Shown here piece by piece: positions 9,876 to 19,370 of a stretch of DNA of 64,000 nt. The translations under genes were made by a program, and so were the position numbers. The stretch is from a virus (lineage: Duplodnaviria > Caudoviricetes). The notes under the pieces are model-generated. The model made no database searches, was not told the origin of the DNA, and saw nothing but the letters and a program-made list of their open reading frames with translations. Position 1 is the first letter of the stretch, and each line of letters opens with the position of its first letter. Location: positions 53,328-117,327 of the IMG/VR virus record IMGVR_UViG_3300037067_011041; one strand, written 5' to 3'.

Positions 9876-9899
9876 CAAACCCGTTTTCTGTGGTATACT
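9872..9899 (+). promoter_or_regulatory. sigma70-type promoter, leaderless gene follows
   Basis: TTGACA-N16-TATACT; ATG follows the -10 after 6 nt. Confidence 0.85.
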
Positions 9900-9905
9900 T
9901 GTAGT

Positions 9906-10454
9906 ATGAACGCATACTTAGCCATCGACATCGAGACCAGCGGACTCAGTCCCGAAAGGAATCAAATCCTTGAGATCGGGGCGGTGCTGAACGTGCTGGA
10001 TAAGCCGATAATGGAGTGTCCGACGTTCTATGCCACGGTGTGGCATGAAACTATCGTAGGTAGCTTGTATGCACTCAAGCTGAACGCAAGTCTTATTGCG
10101 CGACTAGCCGATGGTGAAGGAAAGTCGCCGGGAGACGTAGGGACCGGCTTTCGTAGCTGGTTGCATAACCTTCGGGCTGCTTTCAATATTGAACAGTTCC
10201 ATCTGCTAGGAAAGAACGTAGGAAGTTTCGACAAGCCGTTTCTTGAGGCGAGCCTTCCTTACTGGCCGTTCGAGTGGTTCTCATACCGATGTTTGGAAGT
10301 CGGCTCCATGTATGCCACGCCCGAAGGAATTCCAAGCCAGTCGGTATTGGCAAGGACTCTTACTGGATGCTTTCCAGGTGAAGAACACAACGCGTTGTAC
10401 GATGCTCGTGTGTCTCTTGCCTTGGCCCGCGACAAATGGGGGATTGCGATATGA
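9906..10454 (+). CDS. DEDDh 3'-5' exonuclease (DnaQ-like)
   Basis: IDIETSG, GKNVGSFD, HNALYD. Confidence 0.9.
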   Translation: MNAYLAIDIETSGLSPERNQILEIGAVLNVLDKPIMECPTFYATVWHETIVGSLYALKLNASLIARLADGEGKSPGDVGTGFRSWLHNLRAAFNIEQFHLLGKNVGSFDKPFLEASLPYWPFEWFSYRCLEVGSMYATPEGIPSQSVLARTLTGCFPGEEHNALYDARVSLALARDKWGIAI

Positions 10455-10876
10455 AACCTACTCAGGAACAACTTGATCGACTGCCGAAGTGGGCCAAAGA
10501 GCACTTTGCCAAGCTGCAATACGAGCGTGATTCGGCCGTCGAGCAACTGAATTCACTGCACGACGAGCAAACGCCGACAGACATCTGGGTGGCGCATATC
10601 GAATACTCTACAGGGGAGTTCAAGGAGCGAAAGCAGTACATTGGCGGCACCCGCATTGAAGCCGAGTGCAAAGGAGTGCACCTGAATGTCAACCTGACTG
10701 AACGTGGTTTGGAATTAGGCTGGGGTCCGGCAGGCAGCGGGTCGCCGATAGGTGACATGTGCTTTATTCCTACCTCCTACCAGCAAGCGCGAATCACCAA
10801 TTTGGCGTATGATACGGACGAATTTCAACGGCTGTCAGAACGCCGGGAAAGGATCGAGAATCGTGACAACGACTGA
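10451..10876 (+). CDS. hypothetical protein
   Basis: coupled ORF starting at ATG 10451. Confidence 0.6.
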   Translation: MKPTQEQLDRLPKWAKEHFAKLQYERDSAVEQLNSLHDEQTPTDIWVAHIEYSTGEFKERKQYIGGTRIEAECKGVHLNVNLTERGLELGWGPAGSGSPIGDMCFIPTSYQQARITNLAYDTDEFQRLSERRERIENRDND

Positions 10877-11120
10877 ACAGATCATCAAACTTGGAGAAGG
10901 AATGGCCGAGATCGAGGCCGCCGTCACCACCGCCCAAGCGGAACGCAAGGCGAATCGAAAGAAAGTCAAGGGGGCACCTTGAGTCGCTTACCCGCAAGCA
11001 ACTCATTGCGTTGGCAACACAGAAGAAGGTGTTGCCGTACCAACTCGCGGCCACAGAGACTCATGAACAGTTGGTGGCGGCTCTCATTGACGTCGAAGAC
11101 GTGTTGAGGCCGGTGAACGC

Positions 11121-11450
11121 ATGACAGCCATCTGTTTTAACTGCATCCATTGCCAAGGAAATCCCGAGCGAACTGTCGAACGCAGTGTCGAGCATTGGTG
11201 TGGTTGTTCAGAGCAACTTCGCACCTGCTATGTAGATGGCAGCCGCTATCGACCGCATTGTCACCATGTAAACACTGACGGCAAGTGCTCAAGCTTCACT
11301 ACCAGAAGGGTGACAGGCCAGCTTAAAACCCGCACCGGTGCGGTGCGTGACTTCAGTTATGCCTCGGTAGGCGACATCGCGGCGAACCGCCACGCAATCG
11401 AAACTCAGTACATGCCCGGCAGCAAGGTACTGACCATGAGGATTCAATGA
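11121..11450 (+). CDS. Cys-rich hypothetical protein
   Basis: CxxCxHC...NxDGxC. Confidence 0.6.
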   Translation: MTAICFNCIHCQGNPERTVERSVEHWCGCSEQLRTCYVDGSRYRPHCHHVNTDGKCSSFTTRRVTGQLKTRTGAVRDFSYASVGDIAANRHAIETQYMPGSKVLTMRIQ

Positions 11451-11827
11451 ACCTCGTCCACCTGTTCAACAGCGGCCTGAAGTTTCTTGACGAGAGACTT
11501 CAGGCCGCGAAGGTAAAAACTGTGCTCGATGACGCGGGCGGGTTCGACCGTCTACAGACAACGTTCTATCTGTATGACAAGGACATGGGTCTAGATGAAG
11601 CTTTCATCTGCGATCTGTTCCTTCAAGCTTTTGACGACTTGTCCGCCCAAATCGAACCCTACGGTATGCTGCTGGAATCCAGGCTGCTGTTCCTGGTGGA
11701 CGGCAGCAAGAAGGTGTTCAACTTCACTCACTGCAAATTTCCGGTGCTGTGCTCAGCTTGGTACGACATTACCAATCAGCGAGGCACCTTCAAAATCGAA
11801 CTCGACATACGAAAGGCAAAAGACTGA
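11447..11827 (+). CDS. hypothetical protein, possible capsid P-domain mimic
   Basis: pattern similarity to 19371-19766 and, by eye, to P22-type coat protein segments. Confidence 0.5.
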   Translation: MNLVHLFNSGLKFLDERLQAAKVKTVLDDAGGFDRLQTTFYLYDKDMGLDEAFICDLFLQAFDDLSAQIEPYGMLLESRLLFLVDGSKKVFNFTHCKFPVLCSAWYDITNQRGTFKIELDIRKAKD

Positions 11828-12483
11828 TGCCGTACATTGCACGACAACAACGGGCCGCTCTTGATGTGATTATCGACGGGCTTGTCAAGCGGACCAAAGG
11901 CTTGCCAAAAGATCAGATGCGCCGAGTGGTGTCCAACATCATCACCAAGTCATTTCTGACGGATGCTGACTCGTTCTTGATCGAGCCCACCATCGACAGC
12001 GTCGTGGGAGATCTTTGCCGCCGCATCCACACTCGCGGCGAAGCAAACTATGTTCTGTGCCGAGTGGTGTTGGAATCCATGAAGCCCGAAGGTGGCTGGG
12101 GCTATCATTCGCTCAGCGACACTATCATCGTCCTGGAAGGCGCCATTGAGGGCATCGATGAAAACTCAACGGGCACCAGTATGGACACCCTGTACGACTG
12201 TGTGTCTGTTTGTTACGACGCGGCCGATGAAATCAAGCGGCGTCTTCTCGGGCCGTATGAAGACACGGCCATCCGAAAGAACGGCGACATGGCATGCTTT
12301 GCCAACGAGCCGTTTGCCTACCTGCCTCCGATCGACTTCACGTTCGACGAGTTGGCTGGCGGGTGCTGTGGATGCTGCCCTCCCGTTGCCGAAGCATGCT
12401 GCGACGTGCTGCCTCCCATCGCTGAAGCCTTCACGCAGGAACAGATCGACGCGGCCGAACGGGCAGCGAGAAAAACTGGCTGA
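11827..12483 (+). CDS. conserved phage helical protein (MPYI...YED...NGD type)
   Basis: MPYI N-terminus, GEANY, EIKRRLLGPYEDTAIRKNGD. Confidence 0.65.
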   Translation: MPYIARQQRAALDVIIDGLVKRTKGLPKDQMRRVVSNIITKSFLTDADSFLIEPTIDSVVGDLCRRIHTRGEANYVLCRVVLESMKPEGGWGYHSLSDTIIVLEGAIEGIDENSTGTSMDTLYDCVSVCYDAADEIKRRLLGPYEDTAIRKNGDMACFANEPFAYLPPIDFTFDELAGGCCGCCPPVAEACCDVLPPIAEAFTQEQIDAAERAARKTG

Positions 12484-12489
12484 ATTCGC

Positions 12490-12517
12490 TTGACTTTTGC
12501 AGTTTTCATGGTATACT
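12490..12517 (+). promoter_or_regulatory. sigma70-type promoter
   Basis: TTGACT-N16-TATACT. Confidence 0.85.
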
Positions 12518-12773
12518 TGTAGTATAACCTCTTCACAAGGATAAGACCGTGAGCTACAAAAGTAAAGAGCAGAAAGAAGCCGATCAAGCCATCAGAAACT
12601 GGCGGCGGGACCACCTGTTGGGTATTGTCAGATGGAGGAACGTACCTATTCCTCTTTCGATTGTAAACTCCACTTACGACATCCCGCACACGCGGTACAT
12701 TTACCGATACAAGGACGTCTACGTTTTTGGCGTCCGCGTAGCAAGAGTTCAATACTAACCCCGGAGGATCTCA

Positions 12774-13685
12774 ATGAGATCGAATTCGTCTTCTGTGCGT
12801 CCAATCATCTTGTCTTGTGTGGCGGTCGTTGCTTTGATCGTCGGCCTCATCATGGGTTGCAGTTCCTTTGAGGCGATCCCGGCCGGTAACGTCGGCGTGC
12901 CCACACTGTTCGGAAACGTGGTAGAGAAAGCCTACTCTGACGGCATGCACTTCCCCGTGAACCCGCTGTACTCGTGGACGCTGTACGACTGCCGACAAAA
13001 GAACCTTGATTGCCCGCAGATCCAGGTGCCTACGAAGGATCAGCAAACGTCGCAAATCGACTTCAGCGTACAGTACAGGATCGCAAGCACGTTGTGCCCG
13101 AAGGCCAAGTCGGAAATTGGCAACGCCGAAGACATCGTCTCTGTCCGAGTGCTGCCCAATCTCAGGTCGTTGGTTCGATCCGAAGGCAAAGGAGTAGCCC
13201 GCTGTGAAGACCTGTTTGATGAGGCTGTGCAGGCCGCGATGGAAGTCAACTTGCAGTCACGGTTGCAGCAAAAGGTTGGCGAGTACGTTGTCATCGAAGC
13301 TGTTCTAATTCGCAACGTCGCCCTGCCCGAGCATATCAAGGAGGCCATCAAGAGCAAGAAGGTTCGCGAGCAGAAGGCCGAGGAGCAGAAGGCCGAGTTG
13401 GCGCGGTTCGAGACCGAGCAGCAACAGAAGGTGAAGACGGCCCAAGCCGAACGCGAGGCCGCCGAGGAAGAGGCCAAGAAGGTCACCGTCATGGCGGATG
13501 CAGAGGCGTATGAGATCAAGGCAATCAATGCCGCACTGGCCGACAGCCCGAACTTCATCCGTCTTCGTGCCCTCGATACGCTCAACGAATTGTCCAAGAA
13601 CCCGGCGACCCAGTTGTACTTCCTCAATGGCGACTCGCCCGACCCGCTTCCCTTGATGCACCTCGGTGCCCCTGTGACGAAATAG
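12774..13685 (+). CDS. SPFH/prohibitin (band 7) membrane protein
   Basis: TM helix, IPAGNVGV...FG, GMHF.NP, TKDQQ, AE/EA-rich coiled coil. Confidence 0.92.
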   Translation: MRSNSSSVRPIILSCVAVVALIVGLIMGCSSFEAIPAGNVGVPTLFGNVVEKAYSDGMHFPVNPLYSWTLYDCRQKNLDCPQIQVPTKDQQTSQIDFSVQYRIASTLCPKAKSEIGNAEDIVSVRVLPNLRSLVRSEGKGVARCEDLFDEAVQAAMEVNLQSRLQQKVGEYVVIEAVLIRNVALPEHIKEAIKSKKVREQKAEEQKAELARFETEQQQKVKTAQAEREAAEEEAKKVTVMADAEAYEIKAINAALADSPNFIRLRALDTLNELSKNPATQLYFLNGDSPDPLPLMHLGAPVTK

Positions 13686-13695
13686 CGTAGTCTCG

Positions 13696-13721
13696 CTGTG
13701 GGCGACAGTCGTCGCCCGCAG
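13696..13721 (+). terminator. stable hairpin (terminator or processing signal)
   Basis: CTGTGGGCGAC/GTCGCCCGCAG; no U tract. Confidence 0.45.
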
Positions 13722-13724
13722 TCT

Positions 13725-13810
13725 GGGTTGTGTCCCTCACGGCGGACTGTAAATCCGTTGTCATTAACTAGTGAGGTGGCTGACAAGAGGTTCAATTCCT
13801 TCACAACCCA
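13725..13810 (+). tRNA. non-canonical tRNA-Tyr(GTA)-like RNA, D-armless
   Basis: GGGTTGTG/CACAACCC plus A discriminator, GCGGA-CTGTAAA-TCCGT, long variable arm TTGTCA/TGACAA, GAGG-TTCAATT-CCTT. Confidence 0.7.
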
Positions 13811-13857
13811 CTAACTTACAATGAGGTAGCTGTGAGCACACTTGATATACTGGCCAT

Positions 13858-14601
13858 GTGCGGATCGTTCGTCTTAATCATGATGATTCCAATCCTGTCT
13901 CGGAGAATTCCGTGAACTTCAAGCGTAAGAAGATCCGTGGGCAGAACGCCAAGACCAAGCGAACCTGGATGGATGATGACGGCAACTACCGCATCACATG
14001 GTCTACTGATATCGCCGGTATCAAGATGGATGCCCCTGTTATCCATGCGTGCGTTTTCACGGACTGGGGCTGGGGCTTCGCTGGTAAGCGGGGCCCCTAC
14101 AAGACGGTGAAGGCGGCCAAGCAGGCTTGCGAGTTCAACAAGGAACTTTGGGATGCGTTCCTGTCTATGGAGGGCCGCGACAAGATAGCCCAGTACAATG
14201 TGCTGCGACACAAGTCGATGGTGGGCAGCGGTAAGAGCGCGGTGTCGGCCATGTCCGATATTCCATTGTGGGTGCTTGGGCTGGCCGATGAGCGGCAGTT
14301 GTCAATCATCTGCCCCAAAAGAAAAGGCGACGAATGCGATTACCAGGACGACCCTACGCCAATATCGAACATTTCAGACGCATCTACCCATGGTCAAAGT
14401 GGGGAAAGCCAATCAAGTACCCCTGTACCAGATGCTCCTGTGAAGGCTGCCCGGCGTGCAACGGCACGGGAAAAGGGACGAAAGAAGAACTCGAAGCCCT
14501 CTACAACAAAACGATCCGGGACTGGGAAGACGCGTACAAAGCGATCTACAAGTACAACCAGTTCATCGCGTCGCTCACGACAAAAGAAAGAGAAATCCTA
14601 G
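13858..14601 (+). CDS. hypothetical protein with a basic low-complexity tail
   Basis: 247-aa ORF; tail overlaps the next gene. Confidence 0.6.
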   Translation: MRIVRLNHDDSNPVSENSVNFKRKKIRGQNAKTKRTWMDDDGNYRITWSTDIAGIKMDAPVIHACVFTDWGWGFAGKRGPYKTVKAAKQACEFNKELWDAFLSMEGRDKIAQYNVLRHKSMVGSGKSAVSAMSDIPLWVLGLADERQLSIICPKRKGDECDYQDDPTPISNISDASTHGQSGESQSSTPVPDAPVKAARRATAREKGRKKNSKPSTTKRSGTGKTRTKRSTSTTSSSRRSRQKKEKS

Positions 14602-14624
14602 TCAGCAGAGGTGTGACGCCATGA
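14334..14624 (+). CDS. DnaJ-type Zn-finger protein
   Basis: CTRC...CPACNGTG; stop overlaps ATG 14621. Confidence 0.65.
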   Translation: MRLPGRPYANIEHFRRIYPWSKWGKPIKYPCTRCSCEGCPACNGTGKGTKEELEALYNKTIRDWEDAYKAIYKYNQFIASLTTKEREILVSRGVTP

Positions 14625-15016
14625 GTTTTGCCGACTTTTGCAAAGACAAGCTTGACGAACGAAACAAGACTAACGAAGACGCGAGTCTCCGTGCCGCCGA
14701 GCGTCTAAGCATACTGATGCAGGCCGTAAGCTGTGTAGAAGACATCGGTTTGAAAGCGATCAAGGGCAACAACTATTGGCAGCTTATCATTTGTACCTCG
14801 AATGTGGATTGGCGAGCCAGAATCGAACAAGGGGTGTTGAACGGCCGGGTATGGTCAGAGACATTTAATGGAGACAAGTACCGAGTGAAACTATCGAACT
14901 CAAACGACCCTGGGTATGAATTCGATAGCTTCATAACTGAAGACCAGAAGGCCCTTAACCGCTGGGTGCGGAACAAGCTGGCTGACTACGCTATCGACGC
15001 AGGGCTGATTAAGTAA
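14621..15016 (+). CDS. hypothetical protein
   Basis: GAGG RBS, coupled ORF. Confidence 0.6.
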   Translation: MSFADFCKDKLDERNKTNEDASLRAAERLSILMQAVSCVEDIGLKAIKGNNYWQLIICTSNVDWRARIEQGVLNGRVWSETFNGDKYRVKLSNSNDPGYEFDSFITEDQKALNRWVRNKLADYAIDAGLIK

Positions 15017-15435
15017 TGGACCCAAAAAAGTTCCGCAGCAAGATGGGCCCGGAGGCCATAATCCAGAGGGACTTTATTGAGTACCTGACGCTGCGTGGCT
15101 GGCATGTTGAACGAATGATCGGCAACGCCCTGCAAATGGGCATCCCAGACATCTACATCATGCACTTTCAGCATGGCAAGCGGTGGGTCGACCTGAAGAA
15201 CCCGATCGATTACGAGTTCACGAAGGCGCAGAGAATCAAGTGGCCTATCTGGGAGAAGAACGGGACTGGAATCTGGATCATAACCGGAGCCACCGACGAA
15301 GAGTACGCCAAGCTGTGGCGACCGCCGAACTGGCGAGAGTATTGGAAACCTCGATACGACGAAGAGCAGCTAGAACTGGAAGAGGACTTGCGGTGGCTGT
15401 TCGATGAATTTCACGCGGAGAACGCAAATGAATAG
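15016..15435 (+). CDS. VRR-NUC-like PD-(D/E)XK nuclease
   Basis: E..IQ, GIPD, WVDLK, FT.AQ. Confidence 0.8.
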   Translation: MDPKKFRSKMGPEAIIQRDFIEYLTLRGWHVERMIGNALQMGIPDIYIMHFQHGKRWVDLKNPIDYEFTKAQRIKWPIWEKNGTGIWIITGATDEEYAKLWRPPNWREYWKPRYDEEQLELEEDLRWLFDEFHAENANE

Positions 15436-16063
15436 ACCAGCAGTGGGTGTGGCCGTCGCCGTACGCCGCAATGACCGAGTGCTTCTCGGGCTTCGAGAAA
15501 GAGAGCCAGGGGCTGGAACCTGGATGCTTCCTGGAGGCCATCTGGAGAGCGGAGAATCATTTGAGGATTGCGGTCGCCGCGAGATTGAGGAAGAGACAAG
15601 CATCATCCTGGATGATATCCGGTTTTGGACAGTAGGCAATGTCATCTACCGTCTAGAAGATCAACATTGGGTTGTAATCTACATGGTGGCCGACCTTCCT
15701 GATGGACAAGAGGCAAAGGTAACAGAGCCTGAAGAGTGCAAAACCTGGGGCTGGTTTCTATGGGACGAGTTGCCATGGCCACTGATGCTCAGTACAGGCA
15801 ACCTGATTGTTCGCGGGTTGAATCCATTCAAAGTTGGGCGTGGGCTTACTGCTAGACCGATGACCGAAGCAATTCACGGCCGTTATGTCGGCCCCGAAGC
15901 AAGATTCTGGCATAGGACGGCCGACATTGTAGTCGACGGTCTATTCGTTCGGGCCCAGTTTGACGGTGGCGCCTTATGGGAGACCAATTCACGACTTACA
16001 TTCAGACTGGACGAATGGGAAGTCGATATCAACGGAAACTGGCAACCCCTGGTGGTTCAATGA
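15428..16063 (+). CDS. NUDIX hydrolase (MutT/NUDT15-like) with a C-terminal extension
   Basis: PGGHLESGESFEDCGRREIEEETS NUDIX box; EPEEC..WGWF. Confidence 0.92.
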   Translation: MNRPAVGVAVAVRRNDRVLLGLREREPGAGTWMLPGGHLESGESFEDCGRREIEEETSIILDDIRFWTVGNVIYRLEDQHWVVIYMVADLPDGQEAKVTEPEECKTWGWFLWDELPWPLMLSTGNLIVRGLNPFKVGRGLTARPMTEAIHGRYVGPEARFWHRTADIVVDGLFVRAQFDGGALWETNSRLTFRLDEWEVDINGNWQPLVVQ

Positions 16064-16422
16064 AGCCGCAGTATCTAGCTTGGATCGAAGAGAACGTTAC
16101 CGAGACTTACGGCACCTGCCAAGAGGTAACCGAGAGGATGCAGGCCGCGTTCCCGGAGTTGGCTCGTGTACGCGGTCACTACTACTGCTTTGCCTGGGGC
16201 GAGCGAGCCCATTGGTGGCTAAAAGACGGAGGAGAAATCATAGACCCTACCGCCGACCAGTTTCCGTCGAAGGGCGCAGGAGCGTACGTTGAATGGGTCG
16301 AAGGATCGGCGGAGCCGACTGGCATGTGCCCGAATTGCGGTGGTTATGTTTACACCGGCGGCACATGCTGCTCAGATGAGTGCGGCATCGAGTACGCTGC
16401 CTACTGTTCAAACCCCTGGTGA
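16060..16422 (+). CDS. hypothetical protein (Cys/His/Asp fold plus Zn ribbon)
   Basis: GTC, HWW, IDPT.DQF, CPNCG...CSDEC. Confidence 0.6.
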   Translation: MKPQYLAWIEENVTETYGTCQEVTERMQAAFPELARVRGHYYCFAWGERAHWWLKDGGEIIDPTADQFPSKGAGAYVEWVEGSAEPTGMCPNCGGYVYTGGTCCSDECGIEYAAYCSNPW

Positions 16423-16430
16423 TCGATCAA

Positions 16431-17044
16431 ATGAAAAAGTGGAAAGTGTTTCTCGATTTGGATGGTGTGCTCGTTGATGCACAACTCCCTTTGATGGCGT
16501 TATGGGACGCTAGGATCGGCAGCGAAGACGAGTACCCGACCGGCTTTTATTGGGACATCCAAGGGGCCATCAACTTCGTTCGTCAGAGTCGGGGCTTGTC
16601 AGCCTTGCCTCACACTCCCAACCAATTCTGGTCCACTATGTCAAGGGACTGGTGGTACCATCTACCGCTCTATCCTACTGCAATCAATTTTGTTCGCTGG
16701 TTGGAAACCGGCCCGTTTGACATCTGCCTTGCCACTGCCTCGGTGAACTCAGACTCTGCTGCCGCCAAGGTAGATTACATTCACCGTTTGCTGCCAGAAT
16801 ATGATAGGAAGTCGTTCGTCGGCTATCCCAAACACATGCTGGCAGGTCCGGATTGCATCCTGATTGACGATCGGGATAAAACTGTGAAGAGTTTGAGGCA
16901 GCCGGTGGAAAGGCCATCCTTGTTCCTCGCCCGTGGAACAAAGGCTACACACTTCCTACAAGCTTCAACAAGAGCACGGGCGATAGGCGGCCTGTGTACA
17001 ACGTCGTGGCCACTGAACTTTACTCACACTGCAAAGAGACCTAA
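16431..17044 (+). pseudogene. HAD-family 5'(3')-deoxyribonucleotidase (NT5C-like), frameshifted at about 16880
   Basis: DLDGV motif I, LIDD motif IV; the expected continuation NCEEFEAAGGKAILVPRPWN lies in the -1 frame and ends at TAA 17042-17044. Confidence 0.75.
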
Positions 17045-17215
17045 TGGAACCAATCTACCTGAACCTCGTTGTCGTTGACAATATTACGCCGGGATACTCG
17101 ATTGAGACCTGCATCTATTCGGATGCTTGGATTGAAATTGCCGCACTGTACGAAGAGGTGCGACACCTGATAGTAGCTCGTCATTTTGATTCGATTTTTA
17201 CTGAGGACACGGCCG

Positions 17216-17677
17216 ATGGGGTCTGATCCAAGCGCCACCCTGTGCTTTGGCTACGCCTTCCCAGGAGAAGACGTCGAGTTTCCGTGGTCGCGGTACGATG
17301 ACATCGAAGACTGGTGGATGGAAGTCAACGAATTTGAAAACCCGGCCGGAGACCCGTACGACGCGTATGGTAACCGTCTTCCAGGTGTTCGAGAAGAGGA
17401 CGAAGACCTCTATTGGAATACGCGAAGAGAATGGAGACGCGCCAACCCAGTACCTGTAGAGGTGGTCACCTGCTACTCGTACGACTATCCTGGAGGATAT
17501 GTTCTTACCACGAAAGCCGTAACGGCCTGCTCGCCAGACGGAGGCCCAGACAAACTAAACGAGTCGATCTTCTCGAATGCACACGAGGCCAGCTTGGTGC
17601 TGGAAGAGTTCTGTAAGAAGTACAACATCGAGACCAGCGGCGAGCCCGCTTGGTACCTCACAAGTTTTTACGGGTGA
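17216..17677 (+). CDS. acidic hypothetical protein
   Basis: GAGG RBS, ATG 17216. Confidence 0.65.
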   Translation: MGSDPSATLCFGYAFPGEDVEFPWSRYDDIEDWWMEVNEFENPAGDPYDAYGNRLPGVREEDEDLYWNTRREWRRANPVPVEVVTCYSYDYPGGYVLTTKAVTACSPDGGPDKLNESIFSNAHEASLVLEEFCKKYNIETSGEPAWYLTSFYG

Positions 17678-17682
17678 ACCGA

Positions 17683-18180
17683 ATGAATCTAGTGCATTCC
17701 TTCTCCAATGATTGCGTCGCGGCCTCGCTCGCTATGCTGTTCGGATGTGACATTGAGGCAATCAAACACGAGCTATTCAGCAACCTGATGCACCCGTTCC
17801 CGGCTCCGTGGGACTGCTTGCCAAAAGTACCGGACATGAATGTAATCTGTGACTGGGCCTGGGGGCACAGGCGGACGGCCTTGGTGCCATTTGAATACGA
17901 TCCTTACTGCTCACCGGATGTCAATTGTCCGACAGTTCCTGTGTGGCCTATTTCGCCCAACAAGCCTGGAAGCGCAGAGTTTGCGTTTTCTCGTGCTCTC
18001 GGATATGGGTCGGGGCTTCTTGAAGGGGTAGTAGTCGACGGAGAGCGAGGACATATGTGTGCGTGGGATGGCAACGTAGTGTATGACCCGCGTGGCTACA
18101 TCTATTCCAGAAACATCGCCCTGGACAAGTTTGACTATCGCATTCGTCGATTCTGGCTTGCCGTTCGGGCAGTCGCTTGA
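17683..18180 (+). CDS. putative papain-like (C39-type) cysteine peptidase fold
   Basis: NDCVAASLAM...GH...YDP, Cys-His-Asp order. Confidence 0.55.
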   Translation: MNLVHSFSNDCVAASLAMLFGCDIEAIKHELFSNLMHPFPAPWDCLPKVPDMNVICDWAWGHRRTALVPFEYDPYCSPDVNCPTVPVWPISPNKPGSAEFAFSRALGYGSGLLEGVVVDGERGHMCAWDGNVVYDPRGYIYSRNIALDKFDYRIRRFWLAVRAVA

Positions 18181-18207
18181 AGTCAGCGTCTGAAAGGAAT
18201 CTCTACT

Positions 18208-18894
18208 GTGAACTACATCCATCTGAAGCATTACCATTCCGACGTGAAACGATTTGACCATCCTCTTTTGAACGGGTGCCAAACCGTTTCGGAAGATGAT
18301 TTGAATGCAGAGGCGGCCCAAGTCCTGGAAGGCAAGCCTCCAGGCGATCTTATCATGTCGCTTCGAGGGTGTGTGAGCATGCTGGTGGGCAGGTATTTGG
18401 CGAATTGGCCGGTGACCACCCCTTATTTGGATGAGATGGTAAGCGAAGGGCTGATCCAAATAGTTCAGCTTTGCAACAAAATCCCACTTGACAAATTCCA
18501 TGAGCGTGGTATACTTAAATTAGCTACCTCGCGTGCTCAAAATGGAATCGAGGACATGCTTAACAGCATTCGATCGATAACGGCTCCGGGAAAGACTACG
18601 CAAAAGACGCGAATGCACAACGGTGATGATCCGCTCTATCTTACTTCAGAAAGGGCCGTAGACACCGGCAGCGAGATTGATAATCCATCGGACGATGGCG
18701 ACGAGAAAATCAGAGATATCTTGGATGCCTTCTGCAAGATCTGCCCGGAAGATGAAGTGGATGAGTACATCATGGACGAGTATAACTGGGGAAGGACGAA
18801 CGAAGAATTGGCCGAAGAGTTAGGGGTAGGAAAATCGACGATTCACAGACGGCGACAACGCCTCTATCAAAAGTACCTTGAGATAACGGAGTAA
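18208..18894 (+). CDS. sigma-factor-like protein (region 2-like plus region 4 HTH)
   Basis: DEMVSEGLIQI and TNEELAEELGVGKSTIHRRRQR. Confidence 0.7.
   Translation: MNYIHLKHYHSDVKRFDHPLLNGCQTVSEDDLNAEAAQVLEGKPPGDLIMSLRGCVSMLVGRYLANWPVTTPYLDEMVSEGLIQIVQLCNKIPLDKFHERGILKLATSRAQNGIEDMLNSIRSITAPGKTTQKTRMHNGDDPLYLTSERAVDTGSEIDNPSDDGDEKIRDILDAFCKICPEDEVDEYIMDEYNWGRTNEELAEELGVGKSTIHRRRQRLYQKYLEITE
18488..18515 (+). promoter_or_regulatory. promoter embedded in the sigma-like CDS
   Basis: TTGACA-N16-TATACT with GTGG, the same format as the intergenic promoters. Confidence 0.75.
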
Positions 18895-18898
18895 CCCG

Positions 18899-19363
18899 AT
18901 GCGTTTGTGGTTTGCATGCTTGTTGCTTGTTGCGTTGAACTTTGGCACGTGGTTTTGTCTGGCCAACAATGAAGCCAGTGTACAGCGATGGCAACGCCGC
19001 GTAGCGACGGCTGACGCCGTTATCGCATGGAACGAGGAGATCGCCTTTGCCAACGAGTACGCACAGAACTGCTACGAAGCGGTCCGCATGCTGGCCACAG
19101 AGAATGGCCTTCTGTGCGAACGGGAAGCGGCGACGGTTAAGACCATCGCAGCTTTCGAGGAAGAAAGCCTGAAGTTGAAGTCTTCGCTCGACGATGCCGT
19201 CGACCGGCTACAGAAGCAGGAAAAGACCATCAACGATCTGATTGAAGAGAACGAAAATCTCACCTGGAAGATTGAAGTTCTTGAATCAAACAAGAAAGCG
19301 TCCATCGGCCTGAACACTCGTGCGGCCGGTGCTGCTGTGACCCTCTTGCATTTCCTTTTTTGA
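18899..19363 (+). CDS. signal/TM-anchored coiled-coil protein
   Basis: hydrophobic N-terminus, heptad-like central region. Confidence 0.65.
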   Translation: MRLWFACLLLVALNFGTWFCLANNEASVQRWQRRVATADAVIAWNEEIAFANEYAQNCYEAVRMLATENGLLCEREAATVKTIAAFEEESLKLKSSLDDAVDRLQKQEKTINDLIEENENLTWKIEVLESNKKASIGLNTRAAGAAVTLLHFLF

Positions 19364-19370
19364 GGCCCCA

